Shown here one piece after another: positions 1-8,734 of a stretch of DNA of 27,710 bases. Each line of letters begins with the position of its first letter. Position 1 is the stretch's first letter. The translations under genes and the position numbers were made by a program. The stretch comes from a bacterium (GTDB taxonomy: Bacteria > Patescibacteriota > Minisyncoccia > Phycocordibacterales > PALSA-1337), in NCBI GenBank assembly GCA_037127615.1, contig JBAXYC010000001.1, positions 1 through 27,710 on the forward strand. Direction: 5' to 3'. The notes beneath the pieces were generated by a model. That model saw only the letters and a list, made by a program, of their open reading frames with translations. It searched no databases and was not told the origin of the DNA.

Positions 1-179
1 CAATAGCTCAGTCTCGCGACCATGATGCTCGCCCAGAAAAAAAGAGTATTTTCAATTCCCTACCTACTCAAAATGAACCTGCACCTGCGAAAGAAATAAA
101 AGAAGAAAAGAAAATAGATACTGATGACGATGACTGGGGTGCTATTCCTGCCTTTCTCCGACGCTCAAAAATTAAGTAA
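1..179 (+). CDS. ftsZ: Cell division protein FtsZ, C-terminal tail (partial; 5' end outside window)
   Basis: The frame starting at nt 3 is open and ends ...DTDDDDWGAIPAFLRRSKIK* (TAA 177-179). An acidic linker followed by IPAFLR is the conserved FtsZ C-terminal peptide. Confidence 0.85.
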   Translation, partial: IAQSRDHDARPEKKSIFNSLPTQNEPAPAKEIKEEKKIDTDDDDWGAIPAFLRRSKIK

Positions 180-197
180 ATCTGTTACAATAAATAA

Positions 198-1139
198 ATG
201 ATGTACGATCTCGCAATCATCGGCGGCGGACCTGCAGGAGTAGCTGCGGGTGTGTACGCGTCTCGCAAGCGTCTCAAAACCGTTCTTATTACAAAAGATT
301 TCGGTGGCCAGAGTATCGACTCGCTCGGTATTGAAAACTGGATTGGTACGGTAAATATCCCTGGCGCACAGCTTGCCAAAGATCTCGAAATGCACCTTCG
401 GGCGTATGCTACTGATGCGAAAACTGGCAAGGTCATCGTCGATATAAAAACCGGCGAGCTTTGTCAGCTCATCACAAAAACTGCTGCAGGATTTTCTATA
501 ACAACAAATAAAGGCTCATACGAAGCACGCACCGTCCTCATGACAGCTGGTAGTCACCGCCGCAAGCTCGCTATTCCTGGGGCAGACACATTCGAACACA
601 AAGGCCTTACGTACTGCGCGTCATGTGACGGCCCTCTTTTTACAGGACAGGATGTCGTAGTGGTCGGAGGTGGTAATGCCGGCTTCGAAAGTGCAGCTCA
701 ACTCCTCGCGTACTGCAAGACAGTCACCCTACTGAACCGTAGCGCAAACCTCCGCGCTGATCCGAGCACGATCGCATCAGTCACGGCAGCACCAAACATG
801 AAAGTCGTGCTCAATGCTGTGCCAAAAGAAATAAAGGGTGATAAATTTGTAAATGCGATTGTCTACACTGTTGACGGAAAAGATATGGAGCTCCCTGTAG
901 CTGGTATTTTTGTTGAGATCGGTGCATTACCTACTACCGAGTTTGCTAAAGGCCTCGTCACTCTCGATGACTATGATCGCGTCATTGTCGATCCTCGCAC
1001 ACAGCGTACATCTGTCGACGGTATATGGGCAGCCGGTGACTGCACTGACGGACTTTATCACCAGAACAACATCGCTGCTGGCGACTCCGTAAAGGCGCTT
1101 GAGGATATCTATATTTGGATAAAGAAAAACACGAAATAA
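198..1139 (+). CDS. trxB: Thioredoxin-disulfide reductase
   Basis: FAD motif GGGPAG, redox CASC (YCASCDGPLF), NADPH motif GGGNAG and C-terminal GIWAAGD. Confidence 0.92.
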   Translation: MMYDLAIIGGGPAGVAAGVYASRKRLKTVLITKDFGGQSIDSLGIENWIGTVNIPGAQLAKDLEMHLRAYATDAKTGKVIVDIKTGELCQLITKTAAGFSITTNKGSYEARTVLMTAGSHRRKLAIPGADTFEHKGLTYCASCDGPLFTGQDVVVVGGGNAGFESAAQLLAYCKTVTLLNRSANLRADPSTIASVTAAPNMKVVLNAVPKEIKGDKFVNAIVYTVDGKDMELPVAGIFVEIGALPTTEFAKGLVTLDDYDRVIVDPRTQRTSVDGIWAAGDCTDGLYHQNNIAAGDSVKALEDIYIWIKKNTK

Positions 1140-1140
1140 T

Positions 1141-1761
1141 CTATCTGCCGCTACATTTTCCCCACAAGCCAAGCTTTGCTTTTTGTGCAATCAACTGATC
1201 AGCCTTAAACTCTTTTTGGTATTTATACGGTTCACGAGAAAATGTATATTCGCGAGCAAAACCGTTTTGGATCATGTATTCATTATATAAACTTCCGTCT
1301 AGTAGACGAACATACGCTAACACACGGCCATATTTTTCATAATCACCTTTTAAAGGATCTCGCTCAACATACACACTGGTACTAGCGAGAAGCTCTTTTG
1401 CCTTTGCAGACGCCTCGGGACCATAACACTGTACTGGCTTTCGTGGATCGACCGTCTCAGGTGTATCCATACCGATGAGGCGTACCGTGACATCATGACC
1501 TGCTGCTTCAGCGGGATCTGGAACGTGCGCGACAATCGTATCACCATCGACTATATGTACCACTGGATACAACACACCACCCTGAACAAGCTCAGCGTAT
1601 TGCCATTTGCTTTGTGGCCAAAATGCACCTGCTGTCTTGTGCGGCGGACTACTCATTTGCAATAAAAAGTACGCGACACACGCCATTGCCGCAACTAACA
1701 ATATAACCATAATAATAAATCTACTACGCCCGACTCGAACAATTATTTTTTTGATATTCAT
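1141..1761 (-). CDS. Membrane-anchored thermonuclease (SNase-like)
   Basis: N-terminal hydrophobic helix, then VDGDTI, VRLIGMDTPE, KYGRVLAYV and terminal KLGLWG motifs. Confidence 0.9.
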   Translation of the reverse strand: MNIKKIIVRVGRSRFIIMVILLVAAMACVAYFLLQMSSPPHKTAGAFWPQSKWQYAELVQGGVLYPVVHIVDGDTIVAHVPDPAEAAGHDVTVRLIGMDTPETVDPRKPVQCYGPEASAKAKELLASTSVYVERDPLKGDYEKYGRVLAYVRLLDGSLYNEYMIQNGFAREYTFSREPYKYQKEFKADQLIAQKAKLGLWGKCSGR

Positions 1762-1899
1762 ATGCCCACATCATAAAATAACAGTGATAAAGTTTTCGTA
1801 AAGATTTGTTAAAATTTTGATAAAATCAAGAGTTCAGCAACAAAAAGCCATTTTTGGCAAAAGCACCTAAAAACCCCATATTGTAAGCCATGCATTTGA

Positions 1900-1928
1900 T
1901 TGACAGGTACGACTAAAAGTGCTATAAT
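1900..1928 (+). promoter_or_regulatory. Consensus sigma70 promoter for the alpha/beta hydrolase gene
   Basis: TTGACA (1900-1905), a 17-nt spacer ending in TGn, then TATAAT (1923-1928). Confidence 0.85.
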
Positions 1929-2018
1929 ACCAGCAGTGGATTGCAACAGAATCCTTGTCAATTTAATTAACAGTCAAAAAAATCGAGCTTTAAAAAGCTC
2001 ACAACTAAAAAGGCCAAC

Positions 2019-2765
2019 ATGATAACAGTCATCTGTATGGATGGCCTTGGTGGCCGTCCGGAAGTAACGTTCGCAAGTCTCAAAAAGGCTCTCGAACTTG
2101 AAGGACATAAAGTTGTTCTCGTCAACGTTGAAGGAATTCAAACCGACGGAGATCGTGAACAACGTGTGCTCAACGCATTCTACGTCGAAAAAGCACTCGG
2201 AGAAAATGAACAAAAAGAAGATCGAAAAATCTTTCTCCTTGGACACTCAGCGGGTGGCGGGGCTGTTCGAAAAGCCGCGGAAAGACTGAGTGGTGACAAA
2301 GCCCTGAGTGGCATAATCGTCGGATCTCAGTCAATGCCACGTTTCGTGCCATTCATGACACGACAGCTCTTCATGAGTATGCTCGGCCAGTTCCACAACC
2401 TAGTGTTGGGGCGTCCGATAAATACCACAGCTGCTCAATACAAACGCTTGATTGAGCCCATGCCTGAGACCCAAAAACGGGTAGCGATACAGGAGCGTCA
2501 AACGATAGCTGGCCGCGAAGCGCGTAAACTCGCCTTCTATCCGGACAGTCTAAAGGACTATGCTTGTCCAACTCTCTACATCTGGGGGTCAAAAGATCAA
2601 TGGATCTCGGCAAGTGCACACCGGAAATTGTATTTGATGCTCAAAAAGTGTAACGCATCAACAACCACAGCACTTGAGGTTGAGGACTCAGGTCACGACA
2701 CCTTAGCTTCTAAAAAAGGCGGCTGGGTGATCGAAAAAATTATAGATTGGGTAGCTAAACAGTAG
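2019..2765 (+). CDS. Alpha/beta hydrolase
   Basis: Nucleophile elbow GHSAGG, acid motif GSKDQW and C-terminal SGH. Confidence 0.85.
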   Translation: MITVICMDGLGGRPEVTFASLKKALELEGHKVVLVNVEGIQTDGDREQRVLNAFYVEKALGENEQKEDRKIFLLGHSAGGGAVRKAAERLSGDKALSGIIVGSQSMPRFVPFMTRQLFMSMLGQFHNLVLGRPINTTAAQYKRLIEPMPETQKRVAIQERQTIAGREARKLAFYPDSLKDYACPTLYIWGSKDQWISASAHRKLYLMLKKCNASTTTALEVEDSGHDTLASKKGGWVIEKIIDWVAKQ

Positions 2766-2801
2766 AAGCCGCATGGACATTGTTCGTGTGGCTTCTTTTT
2801 T
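2764..2801 (+). terminator. Intrinsic terminator
   Basis: AGAAGCC (2764-2770) pairs with GGCTTCT (2790-2796), the stem extends inward with G-U pairs, and a T-run follows. Confidence 0.75.
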
Positions 2802-2820
2802 ATTTAAATAAGCCTCCCCT

Positions 2821-3591
2821 CTACCACCTCCACGGCATATATTGTTGCCACCATGGGTATGTGACGGGATACGGCGTATAGACGGGCTGCGGCTGGTAGA
2901 GTACATTTACATAGAGGCGCGCGCAGGTGCCGCCATATTGGCAAATACTGATACTTGTTGAGCCGGGGTTATTTGCGTGGATATAGATGAGATTTCCATT
3001 CACGCTGACGTTTGCGATAAATGGGTTTGAATTACTAGAAATATAATAGCCTCCATTATAGCCATAGTTGTTGTCATAATATGTATTACTAGAAATAGTC
3101 ACCGTGCTGTTTTGGCCGACAGGAAGATTGAGACTGGTCTGACTGAGATAAATCTGAGGTGGTATATAGTACTGATACGGAGGCGTGTACACGGGTGGTG
3201 TTGGATACGTGATGATCGGGTACGGATTTTGATATGAATAGTACGATGGCCATGCGACCGGCGGCGAATTTACACCATACGCAAATGAAACGACGACGAA
3301 TGAGCCGCCGGGGATACCATACTGCGTCGTAGGAACTGTCGTCGTAAAATAGCCGCTACCGTCAGTCGTGCCGATCACCGAGACGAAAATCATTTGATTG
3401 TACTGGTTGTAGTAATAGAGCTGGATTGGAGCGAATGCAGGTCCAGCCACTGAGATCTGAACTGAACCAGTATTGAGCGGCGCCAGCGTCAACATTGGAT
3501 TGGCAGACGCGTGGACATGAGAAATTGCCGCCATCCCAAAAAGGGACAGAAATGCCAAAAACATTACGTATTGTCGGGCTTTTTTTATCAT
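2821..3591 (-). CDS. Secreted Tyr/Pro-rich protein with an Ig-like repeat unit
   Basis: Signal peptide ending HVHA. The segment LSQTSLNLPVGQNSTVTI...SISICQYGGTCARLYVNV resembles an Ig-like unit; the rest is low-complexity Y/P-rich sequence. Confidence 0.65.
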   Translation of the reverse strand: MIKKARQYVMFLAFLSLFGMAAISHVHASANPMLTLAPLNTGSVQISVAGPAFAPIQLYYYNQYNQMIFVSVIGTTDGSGYFTTTVPTTQYGIPGGSFVVVSFAYGVNSPPVAWPSYYSYQNPYPIITYPTPPVYTPPYQYYIPPQIYLSQTSLNLPVGQNSTVTISSNTYYDNNYGYNGGYYISSNSNPFIANVSVNGNLIYIHANNPGSTSISICQYGGTCARLYVNVLYQPQPVYTPYPVTYPWWQQYMPWRW

Positions 3592-3762
3592 ATAATTGTG
3601 AGAATTAGACTACCTTTCCCTATTTTCCCCTATTATATCCCCGGGTAGATTTTTAGCAACAACTAAAACAGTTGGGCAATTGCCAGCGCAATACGACGCT
3701 ATGATACTAGATATTACACCAAATTGGAGATTTTATTTCACTATCAAACGATGCAACGATAG

Positions 3763-4527
3763 CTATTTTTCAATAAGATACACCATCATTCGACTATCAA
3801 AAATATAGCTGCCTCCAGTGAGATGTTTGCCCACTGATGTTTCATTGAGTTTCATATATTCTATTTTTTGTGCCTCATCAAGTAAATTGAACGTCGAGTG
3901 CGATTGAATATACCCAAGTATCTCCTCTTTTGAATACGTGTCCGCAAAATCAAACTCTTCATCATCTACCTTAGTAAACCCTACCCTTAAAAAAATAGCG
4001 TCACTTAATTTTTCTTTATTTGCACTAGGTATATCTGTAATAAATTTCTTTAAATTCTCATATGCAAAGCTTGGCAAATAATTTTTTGATTTACCATTTC
4101 CATTTTTCCAAAAGACGCAAAGCTTTCCATTTGGCTTTAGGACCCTGTATATCTCCTTTCCTGCACGGTCATAATCAAACCAATGATAGGCAGACGCGAC
4201 CGTAACCAAATCAAAAGAACTATCATCAAATGGTAGCTTCTCCCCCGAAGCAACAACAAAAGTCGTATTCATTACGGCCCTTTCCCGAGCTGCCTCGACC
4301 ATACTTTCTTCTCTATCTGTACCTACAACACTGTCATAGTATTGTGCTAAATGATTCGTCGCTATACCCGTGCCACACCCAAGATCGAGCACCTTTGCTG
4401 ACGCATCTGGACAAAACCCTTGTATCAAATCATAGGTTTTTTCAGGATAATCACGTCTATATTTTTTATAGGCATGTATAACATTCGAGAAGTTATTTCG
4501 CACACGTGGTTGATGTATTTCTTTCAT
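3763..4527 (-). CDS. Class I SAM-dependent methyltransferase (Methyltransf_11-like)
   Basis: VLDLGCGTG, LPFDDSSFDLVT, AYHWFD and RVLKPNG motifs. Confidence 0.9.
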   Translation of the reverse strand: MKEIHQPRVRNNFSNVIHAYKKYRRDYPEKTYDLIQGFCPDASAKVLDLGCGTGIATNHLAQYYDSVVGTDREESMVEAARERAVMNTTFVVASGEKLPFDDSSFDLVTVASAYHWFDYDRAGKEIYRVLKPNGKLCVFWKNGNGKSKNYLPSFAYENLKKFITDIPSANKEKLSDAIFLRVGFTKVDDEEFDFADTYSKEEILGYIQSHSTFNLLDEAQKIEYMKLNETSVGKHLTGGSYIFDSRMMVYLIEK

Positions 4528-4554
4528 AGAATATACTACACTGTTTTGTCGATG

Positions 4555-4626
4555 TGACCCTACAGAGAGTCGAACTCTGCTTAACGGATTGAAAACCCGC
4601 TGTCCTAACCGATAGACGATAGGGCC
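4555..4626 (-). tRNA. tRNA-Glu (TTC)
   Basis: Reverse complement folds as a cloverleaf with acceptor GGCCCTA/TAGGGTC, anticodon loop TT-TTC-AA and T-loop TTCGACT. CCA is not encoded. Confidence 0.9.
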
Positions 4627-4730
4627 AAACTGCGCTATTACCTAGGAAAGACTAGGAGGATACCGCGTGCACACTATATCATTTTTTGCGAAAATGGCAA
4701 AAAGTGGTAAGGTAATGTGGCAGCAACACT

Positions 4731-4817
4731 GGAAAGGTGGCAGAGTGGTCGAATGTACTTGTTTCGAAAACAAGCAGGGGCGCAAGCTCCTCGGGGGTTC
4801 GAATCCCCCCCTTTCCG
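4731..4817 (+). tRNA. tRNA-Ser (CGA)
   Basis: Acceptor GGAAAGG/CCTTTCC, anticodon arm CTTGT-TTCGAAA-ACAAG, long variable arm, T-arm GGGGG-TTCGAAT-CCCCC and G discriminator. Confidence 0.93.
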
Positions 4818-4890
4818 CATTGACAACTTAGTATCGGTGTGTCCTTATTGCTCTAGAGCAAAGTGCGACCCACATGCCTTACTTAGTTTC

Positions 4891-4922
4891 CAAAACAACA
4901 CCGTTATTACGGTGTTGTTTTG
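4891..4922. terminator. Perfect 14-bp hairpin, probable bidirectional terminator after tRNA-Ser
   Basis: CAAAACAACACCGT-tatt-ACGGTGTTGTTTTG. Confidence 0.8.
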
Positions 4923-4940
4923 TATTTGTATAATTATGTA

Positions 4941-5627
4941 ATGAATCTTGATATTGCGGTTAAAACAATTAATTCACTTCTAGAAAAAGAACAACCTAAA
5001 ACATTTAGTAGTTCATGGGTCTCTGCTCACTCTCCCTCTGTATACCAGTTCATCCGTACAAACTTTAGAACTGAAAATAATCACGTGGATTGGGATAGGT
5101 TCACATACGGACTTGAGAGAAAATATCTCAAACGCTGGACTCATTACAAACGCAAACCTGCTAAATCGTACGAGAATCAAGTTGAAGTCGATCTCATACT
5201 TACAAAGTACCACGACAAAATATATACGTTTGTTGCACCTGTGGATGATACAGACCGAGAAATCCGTAATCGTATAATAATTGCTTTCGTCCGTATTGCA
5301 CAGAAAGGCAATACTCTTGCTCAGCAAGAGTTGGTCAAATGGATGAGGTACATTGTCGATGACTGGATTGAAAAATATTACCCCTTATTCAAATGGAAAG
5401 GATATGGAGAAGACATTGATGAAAAAATACGAGGATGTATACGTGGATACAAATACACAGGCTCATTTGTTGGCTATCTATTCAAAACTCTTCAATATTC
5501 AGCACGAGGTATGAGATACCTTCAAGCGTGGTCGCTTGATGATCCTGTCGGTGAAGATGGTGCAACTAAGGTGGATTTCGTCACGCAGGATATGGAGACT
5601 GGAGAGGTTAAGTTATTCGGTCGCTAG
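4941..5627 (+). CDS. Hypothetical protein with a sigma-70 region 1.2/2/3-like C-terminal half and no region 4
   Basis: Start moved to ATG 4941 because TATAAT lies at 4929-4934. AQKGNTLAQQELV and SLDDPVGEDGATKVDFV resemble sigma-factor segments. Confidence 0.6.
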   Translation: MNLDIAVKTINSLLEKEQPKTFSSSWVSAHSPSVYQFIRTNFRTENNHVDWDRFTYGLERKYLKRWTHYKRKPAKSYENQVEVDLILTKYHDKIYTFVAPVDDTDREIRNRIIIAFVRIAQKGNTLAQQELVKWMRYIVDDWIEKYYPLFKWKGYGEDIDEKIRGCIRGYKYTGSFVGYLFKTLQYSARGMRYLQAWSLDDPVGEDGATKVDFVTQDMETGEVKLFGR

Positions 5628-5630
5628 CCT

Positions 5631-6983
5631 CTATTCCTCCTTCAGCAGTGTCAACGTCTTATCCTTGTACACAATCCTCGATCGCAGATTCGCCAGTAGC
5701 TCTCGTTTCTCATTTACCGTGCCTTCCTTCAGAATATACTTCGCATAGTTACGTATATCCATATCGTTTCTCGCTGTAGCTTTATCTTTGGTACCGAGTA
5801 CTGATCTCTGGAATATATTGAATCTCGCAATTTCGTCTTCCAGTCTCTGTCTCATGCCCAATTCATTCAAATTCACCTGATCTAGTATTTTTAGTAGCTC
5901 AGTTATTAAATCTTCCTCTCGAATATATTTGTTCTTGCAGTTTCGGTCTCTTGCTCGTGAGCAGGAGTAGTAGATGTATCTGTTTGATCCACCACCCTTG
6001 AGTTGTTTCCATTTTTCTTCCGCTGATATGCCTGATCCGCAGTATCCACAAGTGAACAGCTTGGTGAAGGAGAATTCTTTTGTCTCTCGCACGATCTGGT
6101 CTCGTTTCAGATGTGCTTGAGCTTTTTCATATAGCTCTTGGGTTACTATTGGCGTATGCTTGCCTTGATACCAGTTGCCACTCTCTCGTGGATACTCGAA
6201 TGGTCCGTAATATATTGGGTTGTCTAATATTTTGTATATACCACTTAATGTCAGTGGCTTATTGCCCCTCGTGTGGAAGTTCAACTCAAACTTGAGCCAG
6301 TTGTACACCTTTCTTCCGCTCCATTGCTCGTATGCCACTTTCTCGAATATCTTCTTTATCGTCGGTGCTCGCAGTGGATCTATCGCTATCTGACACTTCT
6401 TGTCCATCAGTTTTTGATTCAGGTATCCGAGTGGTGCCACCCCAGGCCAGAGTCCCATCTCCACCCTAGTTCGTAGTCCTCGCTTTACATTGATACCTCG
6501 ATTGTCGTTCTCAAGCTTCGCCTGACTGCCTAATATCATGAGCATGAACTTCTCATTCGGGTTGTTGGTGAATCTCTGTCCGAATGTGCGTATCTCGACC
6601 AGATGCTTCTGATCCATCAAGTCCACGATTCTTCCAAGGTCACCTGCGTTTCTCGATATGCGGTCTGGTGCCCATGTCAGTATTCCATTGAACTTGCCAC
6701 TCCGTATCTCTTCGATTATCTCGTTGAAGATGGGACGTTGCCCAGTATCCTTCGCAGAGTGGCTTTCTCTCTTGATTTCCGCTATCTCAAGCCCCTCACG
6801 TTCCGCCAACTGGATCATCTCCTTGATCTGACTGTCGATTGAAAGGACTTGTCTTTCCTCTGACTCTGTCGACTTTCTCGCATAGAGGCAGTATTTCATC
6901 TTTATGGGGACCACTACTTTGGCCGTAGTCCCTAATGGCGCTTGTGTTGTTGCGTTTGTCATACAACACAAAGAATGACGCAA
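5631..6983 (-). CDS. Large serine recombinase (resolvase, recombinase and zinc-ribbon domains)
   Basis: Catalytic YARKST, ESHSAK, PDRISRN, APLGYLN, zinc ribbon CGYCG...YYSC...C, and a coiled-coil tail. The true start may be the downstream MTNA or MKYC. Confidence 0.92.
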   Translation of the reverse strand: MRHSLCCMTNATTQAPLGTTAKVVVPIKMKYCLYARKSTESEERQVLSIDSQIKEMIQLAEREGLEIAEIKRESHSAKDTGQRPIFNEIIEEIRSGKFNGILTWAPDRISRNAGDLGRIVDLMDQKHLVEIRTFGQRFTNNPNEKFMLMILGSQAKLENDNRGINVKRGLRTRVEMGLWPGVAPLGYLNQKLMDKKCQIAIDPLRAPTIKKIFEKVAYEQWSGRKVYNWLKFELNFHTRGNKPLTLSGIYKILDNPIYYGPFEYPRESGNWYQGKHTPIVTQELYEKAQAHLKRDQIVRETKEFSFTKLFTCGYCGSGISAEEKWKQLKGGGSNRYIYYSCSRARDRNCKNKYIREEDLITELLKILDQVNLNELGMRQRLEDEIARFNIFQRSVLGTKDKATARNDMDIRNYAKYILKEGTVNEKRELLANLRSRIVYKDKTLTLLKEE

Positions 6984-7220
6984 TACCCCTCAGGAGTCCA
7001 GAGCGCCCTGAGTGGTAGATGTTGGTAACTTTAATCATTGAAAACATCGAATTAAAAAGTTTAATATAATTTCTCGGTTGTGTTGACAAACTCTATATAT
7101 AATGTTTATATGTAGAATAGTACAGATCCTTAAAAATGGTGGTTAAAAGTAGCCTTAAAGGCACAAACGGTTTGCGTTTTTAAGGCTACTCATAACCTCA
7201 AAAAAAGAAAGGATAATATA

Positions 7221-7676
7221 ATGATTATTACACTAAAAAAACAACACGACTTGAAAGAACTTATCGAAATCGGATGTCAGGTCAAGTATTCTCTGGATCA
7301 TTGTCGTTTTCCTGTGGGCAAGATTGAAGTCCCGACGGAAATTCACCTACTTCCCATTCCGGATGATTGGGATTGTGATAATACAGGTTGGGCACCATCT
7401 GGTTTCGAATCACTTCAATTATCGGCACTTATTGCTGTCGGAATTGAATATCCTGAACTCCAAAAACAGTTTACTATTACTGCTACTGGAGCCGTCGATG
7501 ACTGTTCAACTGTCTCATTTCCGGGGTATGCATACCTTGGGGTTGATGATACGGGAAGACCAGTCATCGGTATTGATGGTATCGGCTTCGTCCCATTTTG
7601 TTTGCGAAACAGTAAGGGCTGCGAATTTAAGCTCTTCGGGCTTTTTCGCAAAATCGAGCATGATTGTGGTCTCTGA
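7221..7676 (+). CDS. Hypothetical protein (island cargo)
   Basis: 151-aa ORF preceded by AAGGA and followed by a terminator; no motif recognised. Confidence 0.6.
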   Translation: MIITLKKQHDLKELIEIGCQVKYSLDHCRFPVGKIEVPTEIHLLPIPDDWDCDNTGWAPSGFESLQLSALIAVGIEYPELQKQFTITATGAVDDCSTVSFPGYAYLGVDDTGRPVIGIDGIGFVPFCLRNSKGCEFKLFGLFRKIEHDCGL

Positions 7677-7704
7677 TAGTAAGTTTCTAGATCACCCCTT
7701 TTAC

Positions 7705-7736
7705 ACACCGCATGGTTCGCCCAGCGGTGTTTTTTT
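7705..7736 (+). terminator. Intrinsic terminator
   Basis: ACACCGC (7705-7711) pairs with GCGGTGT (7724-7730), with an inner TGG/CCA stem and a following T-run. Confidence 0.75.
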
Positions 7737-7775
7737 AGTTTGAAATAAATATTTTTTTATGGTATTTTTATATTC

Positions 7776-8720
7776 ATGGAAAAAGAAACTATACCTACTC
7801 CACCATTATCAGATGTGCCAACAGAACCAAAGGCCGAAGAACACAAAGAAAAAGCTGGCTTCGATGTTCGTATTGTTGATTTCAAACTCGTACACAATCA
7901 GAAACAAGAAGACTTCGATGCTTTTGTGAACATAATTGACCCACAGGACGGCCAAGTAATTCTTGACGGTATGGACGGTTATGGAGCTGCAGCAAAAGAG
8001 ATTTTGACTACTGCTTCACAAAAAGGTGTCAAACCAGAGATATACACTCTTGATGAAAGTGCTGTGCAAGTAGAAAAAGCGAAGAAAAATGTGCCAGATA
8101 TTGATGAGAAACATATCATCAAGGCAGACATGAGGGAAACACCATTTAGTAATAACTTTTTTGATACGGTAGTTATAAAAATGGGTATTCATGAAGTTCC
8201 AAAAGAAGAACAGCAAAAAATCGTAAATGAGGTATACAGAATTTTGAAAGAAAATGGCAAGTTCGTAACTTGGGATTTGTCTCTATCAGACCGAGAGACT
8301 CAAGTTATTTTTCAAGACATTATAAGAAAAAAGGACGAGTTAGCAGGTTTCGATAAGCTCGTAGAGAGTCGTTATTTTCCTCGACGAGATGAGCTTCTTG
8401 CTCTCTTTGAAAAAGCAGGTTTTCAAAATGTTTCTGTGGCACACAAAATTGACGCAAAGCTCTCTTTGCGAGTTCGAGAGTCAGAGCTTGTATCAAAAGA
8501 AAGAAGTCAAATTATGAAAGAAAGAGGTGTTGTAACACCAGAAGAAGAAACGCAACTTGCCGAGCTTGGGAAGAAGAAATGTGATGAGCTTGTTGTTTTT
8601 GCAAAGACTTATATGAAAGACGTACCAGATGAAGTAAAAAAGAGGATGAATTATATTGAAACTGAAAACGATATACGATTTGAACCTAACAAAGAAGTCA
8701 TCGTCGGTTACAAAAAATAA
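7776..8720 (+). CDS. Class I SAM-dependent methyltransferase (UbiE-like fold, island cargo)
   Basis: ILDGMDGYG motif I variant, ADMRETPFSNNFFDTVV, and YRILKENG. Confidence 0.8.
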   Translation: MEKETIPTPPLSDVPTEPKAEEHKEKAGFDVRIVDFKLVHNQKQEDFDAFVNIIDPQDGQVILDGMDGYGAAAKEILTTASQKGVKPEIYTLDESAVQVEKAKKNVPDIDEKHIIKADMRETPFSNNFFDTVVIKMGIHEVPKEEQQKIVNEVYRILKENGKFVTWDLSLSDRETQVIFQDIIRKKDELAGFDKLVESRYFPRRDELLALFEKAGFQNVSVAHKIDAKLSLRVRESELVSKERSQIMKERGVVTPEEETQLAELGKKKCDELVVFAKTYMKDVPDEVKKRMNYIETENDIRFEPNKEVIVGYKK

Positions 8721-8734
8721 TTTTTAGTAAGTTT

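Noticed and set aside
4717-4941. ORF-track ORFs or N-terminal extensions running through tRNAs (4717-4941, 18117-18227, 25003-25092)
   Set aside because: They translate tRNA sequence, and better downstream starts exist.
7083-7118. Consensus promoter TTGACA...TATAAT upstream of 7221
   Set aside because: The spacing to TATAAT is 9 nt and the hexamers at 17-18 nt are weak, so it is not called.
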